From NCBI GenBank assembly GCA_964016885.1, contig OZ024743.1, positions 341,124,001 to 341,188,000 on the forward strand: a DNA stretch of 64,000 nt, given 5' to 3'. The translations under genes and the position numbers were made by a program. The first letter of the stretch is position 1, and each line of letters starts with the position of its first letter. Of the stretch, positions 1 through 13,069 are shown piece after piece. This DNA comes from Eledone cirrhosa (Eukaryota). The notes below the pieces were generated by a model. The model ran no database searches. It saw only the letters and a list, made by a program, of their open reading frames with translations, and had not been told where the DNA came from.

Positions 1-729
1 GGACACGGAGGAGAAAGGGAAGGAAAATATAAGGGAAAAGTAACGAAAAGAGAATATAGCGAAGAAAACAACAAACAGAGCAATGTGCGAGCAACTTAAG
101 ATAAGAAAATCCAAGACCACATGAGACCGAAAACAGAACTTAAGTCCAAGAGCGTGTGGGCGAACGAAAAGACACGTCTGACCCCAGCGAGTGTAAGGGA
201 GAAAAGGACTGCTAGGGGGTCAGGCGAGGGAAACAATGAGGTGGCTACAGAGAGAGGATGAGTGAAAGTGAGAGGGAGAAAGGGAGAGGAAGAAAGAGGG
301 GTAAGAGTAGATAGTAACGAAATAGGAGAGAGAAGAATGATCACAGCTAAACATGATAAAATATATGGAGAATAAGACACTTTATTTCACGTTGCACCCT
401 CTACCTGGAGTTGCGACTGATAGATATTATTAGCAATTGAAAGACCAACGGAAACATTGTTTCCTCGGTCGGATTTGACGAAAGTCGATCGACTGTCGAT
501 ATATATATATATCTATACTATAAATCTGACGGCCGTGTGTAAGAAACAAACTTTCCGCCAAGTGGCTGGAACAAACGGCACCAAATTTGCACCATAGGTG
601 TAACATTTTCCAAGTAAGAAAGTGAGGGTATTTTTGTCTACTGAATTTTGTTAAAAGATTAAAGACATTATTTAAATATTCACTTCTTTAAATTTTCAAA
701 TGTGAACACTTCAGGTTATACGACATTCC

Positions 730-885
730 TAACGTCTTCACGAACCAAAGTATCATCTTCCTGTTTTCTTTCGATTGCAACGTTTTTCGAAATATTTAAT
801 TCTGCGTTCACAGATTGAGTATTTTAGTTTCAGAAAATCCTGTTAAGAGTGAAAGCAGCGATTCTTTGCTTAACCTTGATTTTAC
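730..885 (+). mobile_element. 3' terminal fragment of a Naiad-type PLE family (same family as 43880-45420)
   Basis: cacgaaccaaagtatcatcttcctg...ttctgcgttcacagattga...gtgaaagcagcgattctttgcttaa aligns by eye with the reverse complement of 43900-44045. Confidence 0.65.
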
Positions 886-1475
886 TTTTGACCGGCCACC
901 TTCCGCAATGGAAGGTTGTAATGTAAAGAACATTTTCGTTGTTCCTTGTTTAATCGTTTATCCTTTGATTCGCAATTTTGAAGGATCCAGATATCGCTTT
1001 CATTTATAGCTTATGAATTACTTAGCTACATTCCTTTTTTACATTTCCAAGTTCAATCATGCTTTGGTCCAAGTTGGTAGTTATAGTTACAATAATAATA
1101 GTTATGAAGCTGAACATGTAGTTTTCGTACTGAATCTGTACACTCACCAATGATCTTTAGGTATCTTCTGGATTTTTCTTACTAAATTGACATCGAGTGG
1201 GCAGCTTATCTACAACATCTCTAGTAGAGATTAAAGGAGAGACACAAAATAATTACAAAAGTAATCACTTAGGAGGTCAAAGAATGTGTGACGAAAGAAA
1301 TGTGACAATCAAAAACCACTAAACACACATTTGGTTATTAAACTAACCGTCTGGTGAATCCAAGAAGTGCGTGTGTTTTATTGTCACCATGAATTTCCCA
1401 AACTATAACAGTATCTATTTCTACACAGTATCTATTTCTAACAAATATTGCAACACCAATACGAAACGAAGTAAA

Positions 1476-1555
<80 letters not shown>

Positions 1556-1719
1556 ATATATATATGTGTGTGTATATATATATGATGGCTGCAAACTCTG
1601 CTATAAGCACTGCAATTGCTTGTCAGATTATAGAGTTTCGTGCACGTTTAGGCAACGGCCAGCCATACAAACCTTTAACATATACTGAACGAGCAATGCC
1701 TGTATTTTGAAGGTTTTTT

Positions 1720-2058
1720 AAGTAGGGAAAAGCCTTGCACGCGACCAATCCCACTCTCTGAGCATCGAAAACACTACCCGAAAAGGAGAACTGGTCAACA
1801 TCATCAGATGCTTCCCAAGCCGCAGGAATTTTTTTTTTCAGAGTTTCCCTCTCCTAGAAAGGTGTTGTGATTAAAACTGTGGGCCTTTCACTCCCAGGTG
1901 AAAAAGAAAAATACTATTTCGATGGCTGTTAACTCTGCTGAGTTCCTTCGCCCATTGCCGGGTCTTGTATTTCATCAATGAAGGGTGTCCAAATATCACC
2001 CTCCTCACCAAGCAAGCTTGGTGGGATTGCCGGTTTAGTCTCTCATGACCCGACCATG
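1720..2058 (-). mobile_element. Partial copy of a ~525-bp non-coding repeat family (other copies at 26467-26810 and 48606-49134)
   Basis: Shared blocks ccaatcccactctctgagc, caacatcatc, tttccctctcctag and caccctcctcaccaag...gacccgaccat. Confidence 0.6.
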
Positions 2059-2109
2059 AGACAGGTTGTACTGGGTTACATGTTACCGCATGCACTCGAG
2101 AGCGACCTG

Positions 2110-2197
<88 letters not shown>

Positions 2198-2216
2198 TTA
2201 TATATATATATATATA

Positions 2217-4760
2217 ATTTGTACATCACATTTATGTAACAACTGTTCAATAGAGAATTTGCCTAACCATGTGAAACCACATATATTTAGACATCTCTTG
2301 TGGAAAGTATCTAGTTGCGTAATATATTTTCTATATGGTGCCAAAGACTCTGACCCATACAGCAATGTTGAGACACGAATAACTGAGATTTTAGTTTTCA
2401 CCCTCAAACGTCACTCCCTCATTCCATACACTAAGTCGCAGCTTTTCAAAGGTATCACTAGCCTTGGTGAAACTATATCCTACTTCATCTTCTAAAGAAA
2501 CACTAAAATTGATTTTACATTCTAATTATGTGAAGCACATCACACACTTTAGAGGTTTATTGTCCAGAAGAATTGGGTGTGATGGTGCACTCTATTGGGG
2601 CCGAGGAAGTTTTATGCCTCTTCTTTGAAAAGGTGTTGATTTTGGCTAGTATATAACGTTTGTTATTTTAAAACTTATTGTTAGGCCAAACGCTTTTTCT
2701 GCAGAGGAAAACCGGCTTACGACTACTTCTACTCTTCAGAAAATAATAAGTCTAAAAGCAATTTTGTTCTAGTAAGGGTCTTTGCCTTAAGTTTTGATGA
2801 TTGAAGAGTCCACTCGATGTTCTAAATTCAAACAAAACACCATATTCTAGCATCAGAGCAAAGTAAGTAGCGAACAAAACAGGGGCCATTACGTATCCAT
2901 GCTTTGTACTATTCTTTACACCGAAAGGATCTCATGAAGCGCCATCTGACTTACCAGAAACTTGCATGACTTCATGGAAGGATGTTATAATACTGATAAT
3001 CTTATTAGTAATTCCAACTTTCTGCAGTACTGATCACAAAGTATCGCGATTGACAGAGACAAAATCCTTTGTTAAGTCAGCAAGGTTATAAATACGTCGC
3101 TGTTCTTCTCCCGTACTTTCTTTGCAGCCCGCCACAAGCAATACATCATGTCTATGAATCCTCCCCAAGCCCTGACATCACACTGGGATTCAGGATAAAC
3201 TTGATCTACTTGGTGAAATATTCTTCTGTTGAGAACAACTCGAGCAAAGATCTTGGCCGCTACGGAAAGTGGTGATATGCCCCAATGATTATCGCAGTTC
3301 TTTTTTCCCTTTTTGTTTAAAAAAAGTGGATGAAAAATGAGGCTTCAAATTTCTGAGGAACCTGGCCATTATTCCAAATCAAACTGAACAAATCAAAAAT
3401 CTTATTCTCAAGTAGAATATCTTCATATTTGTACACCTCAACTTTTATTGCACCATTACCAGACGATTTACCTCATACCATTTGTTTTACATCTGTTTTG
3501 ACTTCGGTATATGTTGGATTCAAGAACTTCCAGCCTTAAAGGAATTTAGTCGATGACATCATGATTCCCAACAGATGTTTCGAAGTGGTTTCCAGTGGTT
3601 AAGAATATCACGTTTATCTGTTAACAAAGTTAATCCATCCGATGCTAATATTGGTGAGGACTCGCTGGGACAATAACTTCTTTTATGCCTTCATAGAAGG
3701 CTTTTATATCCTTTCAGCAGCAGTTTGAGGCTCAACTGCTTTTGAAGAACACCTCTTGTCTTTCCGTTTCCTCAATGTCCGTCGAATAGTTTGTTGACAG
3801 TCCAAGTATTTCTTTTTCGCTGAAAATTTGTTGTCGACATTCCATACGGTAATGAGGGGAGTGCAGTTTTTCAATTAATGATTATATTTCTATATTATTT
3901 TCATTGAACCAATCTTGATGTGAAGCAGAATATGTTACTTCCTTGAGATCTTTCCACAATTCTATAATGGTTTCTGAAATGTTAACTCGTTAAAGTTTGC
4001 ACATCAAGCAATTGAGAAAACATAGGGTTTCATTCAGCATTAAGTAACCGAACATTTAATATTTTCAGAATGTTTGCATTGTGTCTTCTATGTTTTACTT
4101 GAAGTTGAAATGATGCCTTACAACGACACAGATAATCAACATGTGCTATGAAAGGAGTGATTATAACAGATGTCACGTTCATGAAACATTTTTGTTCAAA
4201 TATACACTATCAAATGCCATTTGCTTTTACCTTGGATGCCCCCAAGTGCTTTATGATAGTATTGTTAATAAGGAGACTAAGTTCATCGGAAAAATAGAGA
4301 AGGCGAAGTCTATTGCTATTCATATAATATCATAAGAGCTAAGAACAATTCCCCAGGACTCATGATCTGACCCAACTCTGGCATATAATTCCCCTAGTGT
4401 CAGAAGTCTATCATGATAGCCTATGGATCTGATAATAAAATATAATTTCTCATAAAAGTTGGTAATCTCTGATTCTTCGGACTTCATGGTTGGAGCACCT
4501 GATCAGCAAGTTTAAATTTCAATGTCATCAAACGATCACTACCACTTGCATGTTTAGTTCTAATAGCAAAACCAACATCTGAAGACCATATTGCATCCTC
4601 TTTTTTCCCTGATCAGAAAAATTCTCTCCATAATCAGGAAGTCGTGTTTCACGTAATGCTTCGACACAAGAGCTGTTCTTATTTCTAATGAGTCTGCGCT
4701 ATCATGACGTGTTCTGACATTCCAAGAACCAAATTTTAATCAGATGCTTTTCTCCTTGTC
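2217..4760 (-). pseudogene. Degenerate RTE-clade LINE relic (APE endonuclease start, RT, C-terminal region)
   Basis: Minus-strand remnants: LKFGSWNVRT (APE N-terminus, ~4720), KGKKNCDNHWGISPLSVAAKIFARVVLNR..PESQC (RT), STLLYGSESLAPY..QLDTFHKRCLNICG; many stops and frameshifts. Confidence 0.75.
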
Positions 4761-5371
4761 TTTATAAGTGTAGTAAGAAGAACATTCTTTATGGTCATGC
4801 AATGTTTTTAGGACCCCTTTTCACGCCCTTTCTCAATTAACAGAAAGCAGTGCATTGTCTAAAAATACCTGCTTTATCACTCAGCAGAGGACACGAGCAG
4901 CACAAGTGCCCATAGGATTCGTACTAAACGGCCATCAGCTGCTGAGCTACCAACTGTGTAGAACACCAACTAAGGACTACCAGCAGTATTCTCTAACTTT
5001 CTCTGTCACTATTACTCCATCGCCAGAGAAACTCTACACAAAAAAATGAAAGAAAAAAAACAGGTCTATATACGTCACCAACTCCTGGCAAACTGTTAGC
5101 GTTGGCGTTGTTGTTTAAGATGATTTTGTTTTAAAAGGCGGTGATCGAACGCGTCTATCTGAATACATACATACATGGGTTCAACTTTACACACACATAC
5201 ACATGTGTGTATGTGTGTGTAAATACATGCGTGACAGGGTAAATACATTTTTACTTTTAACACGTTATAATAGCATTCCAAAATCCATAGAATATTCTCG
5301 ACCTAATCTGCAACAAGAAATAATGGTAAACATGGTCTTTTGAGCAGAGGCTTTGCAGTGCATGGCAAACA

Positions 5372-5560
5372 ATTGTTTTTACTTTTTAGCACAAGGCCAG
5401 CAATTATCCAGTGCGTTACTGGTACTTTATTTTATCAACCCATAAAGATGAAAGGCAAAGTTAACCTCGGCGGGATTTGAACACAGAATGGCAAAGGCCG
5501 TAACTCTATGCGCCAAAGCATGGTGTCCGACCCTCTACCGATACTGCCAATCCACCGCCT
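5372..5560 (-). mobile_element. tRNA-derived SINE, family 1
   Basis: A-box-like TGGCAGTATCGG, B-box-like GTTCAAATCC, core similar to GCCTTTCATCCTT..GGGTCGATAAAATAAAGTACCAG; about 10 copies in the window. Confidence 0.8.
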
Positions 5561-6526
5561 CATGGCAAATAATTATAGAATTACAGATAAAGCTTGATCG
5601 TCTGATAAAAATATCATTCAGTATTTAATTCATGATATATATAATAGTATTTTTTGTTTCACATTGTTCTTAGTAGCACTTCCATAGATATATTTCTCAT
5701 AATATGCGGTATTCTATATACAATTGTTGCGTTGTCAACTAATGTTTGCTATCTAATTCTATTGTCTGTACTATATCATATGTTCCTATGGCTCCTTGTT
5801 GTAAACACTTAGTCACGCAAGCAAGAAGTGTCATATTTGTATGTCAGACGTAATAATTTGAGTTATGAAGTTTTACAATTTCATGTTTACGTGTAGTATT
5901 CGACGTGCATGTTGTTGCTAATTTTATAATAATTTTATAATAATCTCTGGGTTTGTGATTTGGTATGTTACGCGTTAAGTCCTGTTTTCTTTTCAAATTG
6001 GCTTTAATCGGTGTGTATTTAGTGCTTGTATTAAACGATGTGTGTTTTGTGTATTTTAATTAGGTATTGCATCTGTTGTACTAGTTTGGATCAATCTTTT
6101 CCCGTTTTGTTCCATGGGACAGTCTACCCTTGTTTGGTTTTTACAAGTACTTGTTTAAAACTAGTTTTACATGTACTTTAAAAGAGGAAAAGTTAAATGC
6201 TGTTTCACGAGTGATTCACACACACACACTCGCACATACACACACACACACACGTACACACACACAAGTACAGACAAACAAACACACACACACGCATTGT
6301 AGATACAAATATATATAATAGGAATTTAGATCGAAATTATTCTAGATGCATAGAAGCCCTCGGTATTATTTCGATTTCGTCCTTCACATAGCTGCTTAAT
6401 AATAACAGGAACGAAACTTTTTGTATTAGAGCTAACGCATAACCATATAGTCGCGGAGTGATGATAACTATATATATATATATATATATAAAGAGAAACT
6501 AGAATGATGACTAGCTAGCTACTTAG

Positions 6527-6588
<62 letters not shown>

Positions 6589-6905
6589 AGAGAGAAATAG
6601 AGAGAGAGTGTGTGTGTGGGGGGGGGGGAGAAAGATAGGATGCAATGCTGCCAGAAGGAACAATTCTTCAGTAAGAATTAAAATAAAATTGTTGGCTGGA
6701 GAGGAAACAGCTGTCACTGGTTTGATGTGGTCATTATATGAATAACTAGATAAACAAAAATTGTGTTCCAATATAGGTCAATTGAATCGGATAAACTCTG
6801 CAAAACTTTCATTTTGGATAGATACCATTTCGAAAAATACAGACTAGCCTTGGCATGAAATAATCTGGTGACTCGCCTGCCGCAATTATTTCACAAACAT
6901 AAACC

Positions 6906-7063
6906 CGTGGGTCGGACGCCATGCTTTGTAGCACAGAGTTACGGCTCTTCATGATCTGAGTTCAAATCCCGCCGAGGTCAACTTTGCTTCTCTTTCATAC
7001 CAGGTATAAAGTACTAGTAATACTTTGGCATAATTGCTGCCCTTGTGCCAAAAGTAGAAACAA
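6906..7063 (+). mobile_element. tRNA-derived SINE, family 1 (5'-truncated, internal deletion)
   Basis: gtcggacgccatgc...ctgagttcaaatcccgccgagg...ccttgtgccaaaagtagaaacaa. Confidence 0.75.
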
Positions 7064-7978
7064 TTTATTCAATTCTCCCTCTCAATATCCTTACGCCACT
7101 CCATTACTAACCCCTTTCCCCCCTGTCTATATGTGCCTTATTGACTTGAAACACAATTACCCTCTCTTGCAATCGCGTTATTTATGAGACTTTCGCTGTT
7201 TCATATATTTTTTTAATTATTTCACTGGACGCAGTCTCTGGATAATGGCCGGGCTGTTGCATTACTCTTAGTATTATAGTCAATTATATTGATACCACAC
7301 AAACGCACACACATATATGTATGTGTGTGTGTGTGTTTGTGTATGTGTGTGTGTGTGTGTGTGTGTGTTTATGTATGTGCATGCCTCTTTTTTAATGGTT
7401 GTGTGAATGCATATGCATTTAGAATTTTGTGAAAAGGTTTTGTAAAGAATGACTAAATTTAAATGAAAAAAATGTATATATTAAAATAAACTGTACATTA
7501 TAAATGACAATAAGGAAACGAAAAAGAAAGAGAAGAATAGTAAGCAAAAGAGAATCAGATTAAGCAACAAATAAAAGAGAAAGAGTAAGGGTGTGATAGA
7601 CTCTACCCCTCAGAATATGCGGTGTACTGCGTAAAATATTAGTTTGGGTACTGAAGACACTTGAGTTATTGGCGGCGAACGGCGTGCAAAGGAAGTGGTT
7701 GATCCTGCCAGGAATTTTTGCTTTCTTCCTCTCACATGCATTGCGGGATTCGGTATTCACTTTGCGAGCGAAGTGACATGGTTGGGGGCAGAGAACAAAT
7801 CGCATCACTTAGCGTCCCAGATTAGGGATTCATATCACTCGAATGGGAAGAGTTATCTCGTTTGGGGGCTTCCCATCTCCACGGTCGGGGCTATGTTGCT
7901 TCAGTTGTGATGGAAAACCGACCACTCCGGGACTCCTTCTGAATATATAGTTCCGTATGTTATGTAAAGGGAACTTAC

Positions 7979-8078
7979 CTGCACAATGGCAGTAGGATAA
8001 ATTATAAATAAAGATGAGCATAAATATTGTAAAAGCGTAAAAGCGCCCTAATGCTTGATGGAATTGTAGGAGCACCAT
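7979..8078 (-). CDS. Candidate first coding exon of a host secreted or membrane protein (signal peptide)
   Basis: aggATGG Kozak context; 33 codons MVLLQFHQALGRFYAFTIFMLIFIYNLSYCHCA with a hydrophobic core, then consensus donor CAG|GTAAGT in phase 1; not obviously repetitive, relatively CpG-rich region. No downstream exon identified. Confidence 0.4.
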
Positions 8079-8182
8079 CCTTAAACTTGACGTGTCTCGT
8101 CTCGGGTATTCTAAAATTGCCTGAGCTCATCATTTTCCAGGTCGGGGTAATGCTGATTTCTCCAAGAGAAAGAAAGAAGTAG

Positions 8183-8232
8183 TGAGAGAGAGAGAGAGAG
8201 AGAGGGGGGAGAGCGAGAGAGAGAGAGGGGAG

Positions 8233-8307
<75 letters not shown>
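8183..8307. repeat. (GA)n microsatellite
   Basis: Direct reading. Confidence 0.95.
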
Positions 8308-8310
<3 letters not shown>

Positions 8311-8906
8311 CAACTTCAGTAATGGACTAATTCTTTATTTATTGACCTCGATATGACAGCAAATTCGTCTTCGATGGGTGTTGAACACAGTACGCAGTGA
8401 GCAGGGATAAATGTTGAGGCCATTTTAATTCGATGGTCTAATGCCTCGGACAAGTTACTGCCTTCTTTAACATAATGCTTTGATCTTTGAATGATTACGG
8501 TTTCCGTCTGATAAAGAATTAAATGTTTTCATCTGTAAGTGTCCATGAAAGTGGAAAGCATTCGTGTCTTCAACAACACAGCTGCTCTCTATATAGGCTT
8601 TCTTGATCAGCCTAAAGTGTAATGTTTTTTTCAAAGTCCGGCTTGCGCTCTTTGAGGGTTAAATGTGCTGATTTCATTCCACTGATCAATATGGTCCATG
8701 GTCCTTAGATTGCTTAACATTGCTATATTTTGTTTCACTGCATATTAACCATAACTGAATAAACTAGATTTTAAGCTAGACCTTAAAATACAATAAGAGA
8801 TATTAAATGGAATAAATATTGAGTATAAGGCTTATACTATAAATATTTACTCCATCTAATATCTCTTATTGTATTTTTCCATTGTATCATATATTTTACT
8901 GTTGGA

Positions 8907-9110
8907 GGGGGATTGGCAGCCAAAGTAGAGTGTCGGACAACATGCTGTATAGCATATAGTTACAGTCCTTTATTTTCTGATTTCAAGTCCCACCGAGGAG
9001 AGGTTTGTCTTTCAACACTACAGGGCCGAAAAAATGAAGCACCAGTAATGCACTTGGGTAGATTTAATCAACTCCCTCCAAACAAACATTATTGGCCTTG
9101 TGCCGAAATC
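8907..9110 (+). mobile_element. Diverged tRNA-derived SINE, family 1-related
   Basis: ggattggcagccaaagtagagtgtcggac...ttcaagtcccaccgagg...ggccttgtgccgaaa. Confidence 0.6.
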
Positions 9111-9210
9111 AAAAACTTTACTTTGTAGAATCAATTATGTTACTGTTCATGTTACTGTTTTAATTATCGATTCCTTAAGTTATTCACAACTCACGTATGT
9201 ATCTCTCACT

Positions 9211-9470
<260 letters not shown>

Positions 9471-9652
9471 CCTGATGAGGGTTGTACATTTTTTTGGGGT
9501 GTGTACAACCCCTGCGTAAAACCTCCCCACTATTGGGGATTTCCATTGTTATTTGTTATTGTATTAATAGTTTTATTTTCATATACCTGTATGTAAACTC
9601 CCCATTTGTATTTGTCCCCTTCTTTTGTGCCCTTGTGGCTAATAAAGAAATT
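9471..9652 (+). mobile_element. 5'-truncated 3'UTR stub of a Tx1-like LINE, flanked on both sides by (TATC)n
   Basis: tgtatgtaaactcccc..ttgtatttgtccc..tgccct..aataaa.gaaa.ttatctatc matches the 3' end of the element at 16500-16700. Confidence 0.75.
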
Positions 9653-9716
9653 TATCTATCTATCTGTCAATTTATCTGTCTCTCTGTTTGTTTATCCATA
9701 TGCTTGTCTGCCAGCC

Positions 9717-9837
9717 TATATATATATAAGTATTACATATGTAAAGTTTGAAAACAGACGGTTGGGTGTTTCTCTAGTTTTACGGATTCAAACTCACACA
9801 CAAACAGGCAGACATCCTCAGTTTTATATATATAGAT
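9717..9837 (-). mobile_element. Possible 5' end of a non-autonomous Helitron-like element
   Basis: Begins TCTATATATATAAAACTGAGGATGTCTG on the minus strand; a similar TCTATACTATAAA start occurs at ~512 (+). Pattern recognition only. Confidence 0.3.
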
Positions 9838-9990
9838 AATATGAATTATTACAACTATTACTACGTATAATATATATATACTATCGACCTGCCAATCCCT
9901 CAACTCACAAGTCCCGTATGTGTGGATGTATATAACTCGTACCGTACTTCTATAGAATTACTTTATTTCTATGTTTTATCAACCTATATA

Positions 9991-10093
<103 letters not shown>

Positions 10094-10321
10094 CTATCTG
10101 TATATCTTTCTTTATAACTTTCTGTCTGTCTATGTATCGATTAGTAATAATTAATGCCCTAAACCCCGCCACACTAGAAACCCTTCCTCTTACCAGCGGC
10201 CTAGAACCAGACACCATGCAGTCACATTTAACGCCGTCTTAAAACGGAACACCATTTTTATACTTATATATATATATATATATATTGGTTAATAGAAGTT
10301 ATTAAATACTGGATAGACTCA

Positions 10322-10498
10322 TTCTTCTTCTTCTTCTTCTTCTTCTTCTTCTTCTTCTTCTTCTTCTTCTTCTTCTTCTTCTTCTTCTTCTTCTTCTTCT
10401 TCTTCTTCTTCTTCTTCTTCTTCTTCTTCTTCTTCTTCTTCTTCTTCTTCTTCTTCTTCTTCTTCTTCTTCTTCTTCTTCTTCTTCTTCTTCTTCTTC
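10322..10498. repeat. (TTC)n microsatellite, about 59 units
   Basis: Direct reading; explains the poly-K and poly-E ORFs. Confidence 0.97.
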
Positions 10499-10547
10499 AC
10501 AACACACATCCACTCTCCCTCTCTCACACACATTTATATGTATATAA

Positions 10548-10593
<46 letters not shown>

Positions 10594-10929
10594 CACCACC
10601 ACACACAAACATATATTCTAATCTAACCCATGCGAGCGTGGGGATATAAATATAATTCAATAATGGTGATATATGTATTACATGGTTGAAAATATAAGGT
10701 GTCATAAATTAGGAATTAGGATGCTAAAATCTAGAATATTCAGAGACTATGACTCGTCTTGTCAGCACAGATTATTCTGTACCGATGTAAACAAAACGGA
10801 GTAAGTAGGACATTTTATATAGTTTTATCACTGCAATAAAATGTAGTTCAATTCCTCGGAAACCACACACACACACACACGCACACACACACACACACAC
10901 ACATATATATTCGATATAGAAATGGGTTC

Positions 10930-10972
10930 TACGAGACTAGCACTCTTTCATTCAAAGGAAATCATCAGGAAA
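10930..10972 (-). ncRNA. Hammerhead-like core (family A), no evident stem I
   Basis: CTGATGA tttcctttgaat GAAA gagtgctag TC; homologous to 23295-23335 and 43717-43755. Confidence 0.4.
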
Positions 10973-10975
10973 ACG

Positions 10976-11012
<37 letters not shown>

Positions 11013-11216
11013 CGGAGAAAATAGACGTGTTTTTGTTTCGCTCCTGCATTTTGTCGGAATTTATTACGAGGAGCGGTAGGTTTGTTTAAGCTACTTGTTA
11101 TTTGTTGTGTTTAACCCCTCGCCTGGGCCTGCAGACGTTGGGTAAAATAAATTTCGTCCCTATTTGGGGCGAAATTTGATAGTTATAAGTTATCGATAAA
11201 AAGTCGTTTAGTGACA

Positions 11217-13026
11217 ATGGACGCCATTAACACGACGCATGCCCCCCCCCCACCCCAGAAAAAAGTGATAGACAGAAGGTAGCAGCACAACGCTGTAAGC
11301 CTTCACTCCTCACTCCCGCAAAAGACACCACGGAATCAAAAGAAAAGATTGTGGAAATGGGTGAAAACCCCAAAAGTAACAATTACACAAACAAGAACAA
11401 CAATGACAATAACAACACAACCAACAACAGCAACAATGATAATAACAACACAACCAACAACACCAATAATGACAACACCAACAAAGGAAAAAAGCAAGCC
11501 AACACGAATAACAACAACAACAATGATAACAACACGAAAGAAAACGGACCCACAGCTGCAGTCTTCTTCGCACAAGAGTTCTGAGGTAACGCAGACATAC
11601 AAGGCACTGGACATCTCGAATGCCAAGAAATTTTTGAAAGAAGCAAGGAATTGTGTAAGTTTCGGGGAAGGTGGGGAATTCACAATTACCTCCCCCGAAG
11701 AAATTAGAAGGGACACAGTCCTCAGGACCGTAATTTTTAGGACAGTTTCGAACACGACTAGGAAACCGGCTCAATTGTCCCAAAGCGAAATTGGGATGGT
11801 CCTAAGTAGTGCCTGGAAGGATATCGCTTTCAAACAGAAAGGGAAATTATATGGAAGCATATCTGTTTTAATGCAAGATGAATTGGCGGTACGGAAATAT
11901 TCTGTGTCACCAATTGTATCGAAAGCATACACCTTTTTCCCCATATATTTGGGGAAAAGAACTCAAAAGATAAGAATATCGGGCATCAGGCCAAATGCGA
12001 GCATTTGGTTGGTGCTAACGGGATTCTTAGAAGATGAGGACACAATCCTTTCGATAGGCGAATCCACCGGGTGTGTATTCGGCAGCAATAGCCTTGAAGT
12101 TCTGGTCCAAATGATACCAGAACGGATAGCAAGAATACCGCAGCGTGTGTCCCTGGATAGAGTCGCCTTCATAAACATTTCTGTTGAGGGCAGGCGACCT
12201 TCATGCTACCATTGTTCAAGAAGTGGTCACCTGAGGGCTTCCTGTCTCCTTTTAAATGCCCCCCCCCCCGCCAAAAAAAGACGCTTCTGCCCACCCCACA
12301 CACAATAACACAACCACCACCACCACCACCGCCACCACAACAACACGAAAAAATAACAACTCAAGACACTGTCCCACCCAACCCCTCCCCACCTAAAACA
12401 AATACAAAAGCAACCACAACAAACCCCAAAATATACCACTCCCCAACAACACGGACGTGTACCCCTAATCAACGTCACCCAGTGACGATGAGGGAAAACC
12501 CTTTCAACCGGTAAAAAGAAAGAAAAGAAGGCACCACATTAACAAAAATGCAACAAACACCCAACCACCAGCACAAACAGAACAAACATCACAAGCAAAA
12601 AAACCCACCCCTCCCGAAAACATAACACATACTAGAAAACGCAAACATACACAAGAACTACAAACAAAAACAAACACAACACAACAAAAACAATATACAT
12701 ACATCAACACAAACAACAAAACACTTGTGCAAACAATATATAAAGACGCTTCGGTCGAAACCGAAGGGAAAGTGTTCACCAACGCGGCGACTAAACCGCA
12801 ATGCTCAAACAGAACTTTCCTGAGGACGTGGGAAACCTCTGTACTAGACCTAGCAACCGCGTCGTCTTGAAATGTTTCACCACCACCAACCCAGACCCCC
12901 CACCAAACACCCCACCCCACCAAACACTGATGTCCCAACCACATCCCAAACCACCACCCCACCAAACAACCCCGCCGTGACCCCATGGAAATTGTGCAGC
13001 CTGGTCCCCTGGAGAAGGACAGGTAG
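11217..13026 (+). pseudogene. Tx1-like ORF1 (gag-like, CCHC zinc knuckle), frameshifted
   Basis: VEGRRPSCYHCSRSGHLRASC knuckle; Thr/Asn/Pro-rich low-complexity flanks; frame breaks at poly-C runs. Start and end approximate. Confidence 0.7.
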
Positions 13027-13069
13027 GTGTCTTTTCCTTTTTCTCCACTCTAAACTCTTCACAACAAAC

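Noticed and set aside
7696-7711. TGGTTGATCCTGCCAG, identical to the start of 18S rRNA
   Set aside because: Only 16 nt; the following sequence does not continue as 18S
9472-9520. CTGATGAG followed by a stem, resembling a hammerhead
   Set aside because: No GAAA after the stem and no stem I or III; the homologous Tx1 copy lacks CTGATGA
10264-10533. Poly-K and poly-E ORFs, and the many YI/HT/CV/LS repeat ORFs across the window
   Set aside because: Translations of microsatellites
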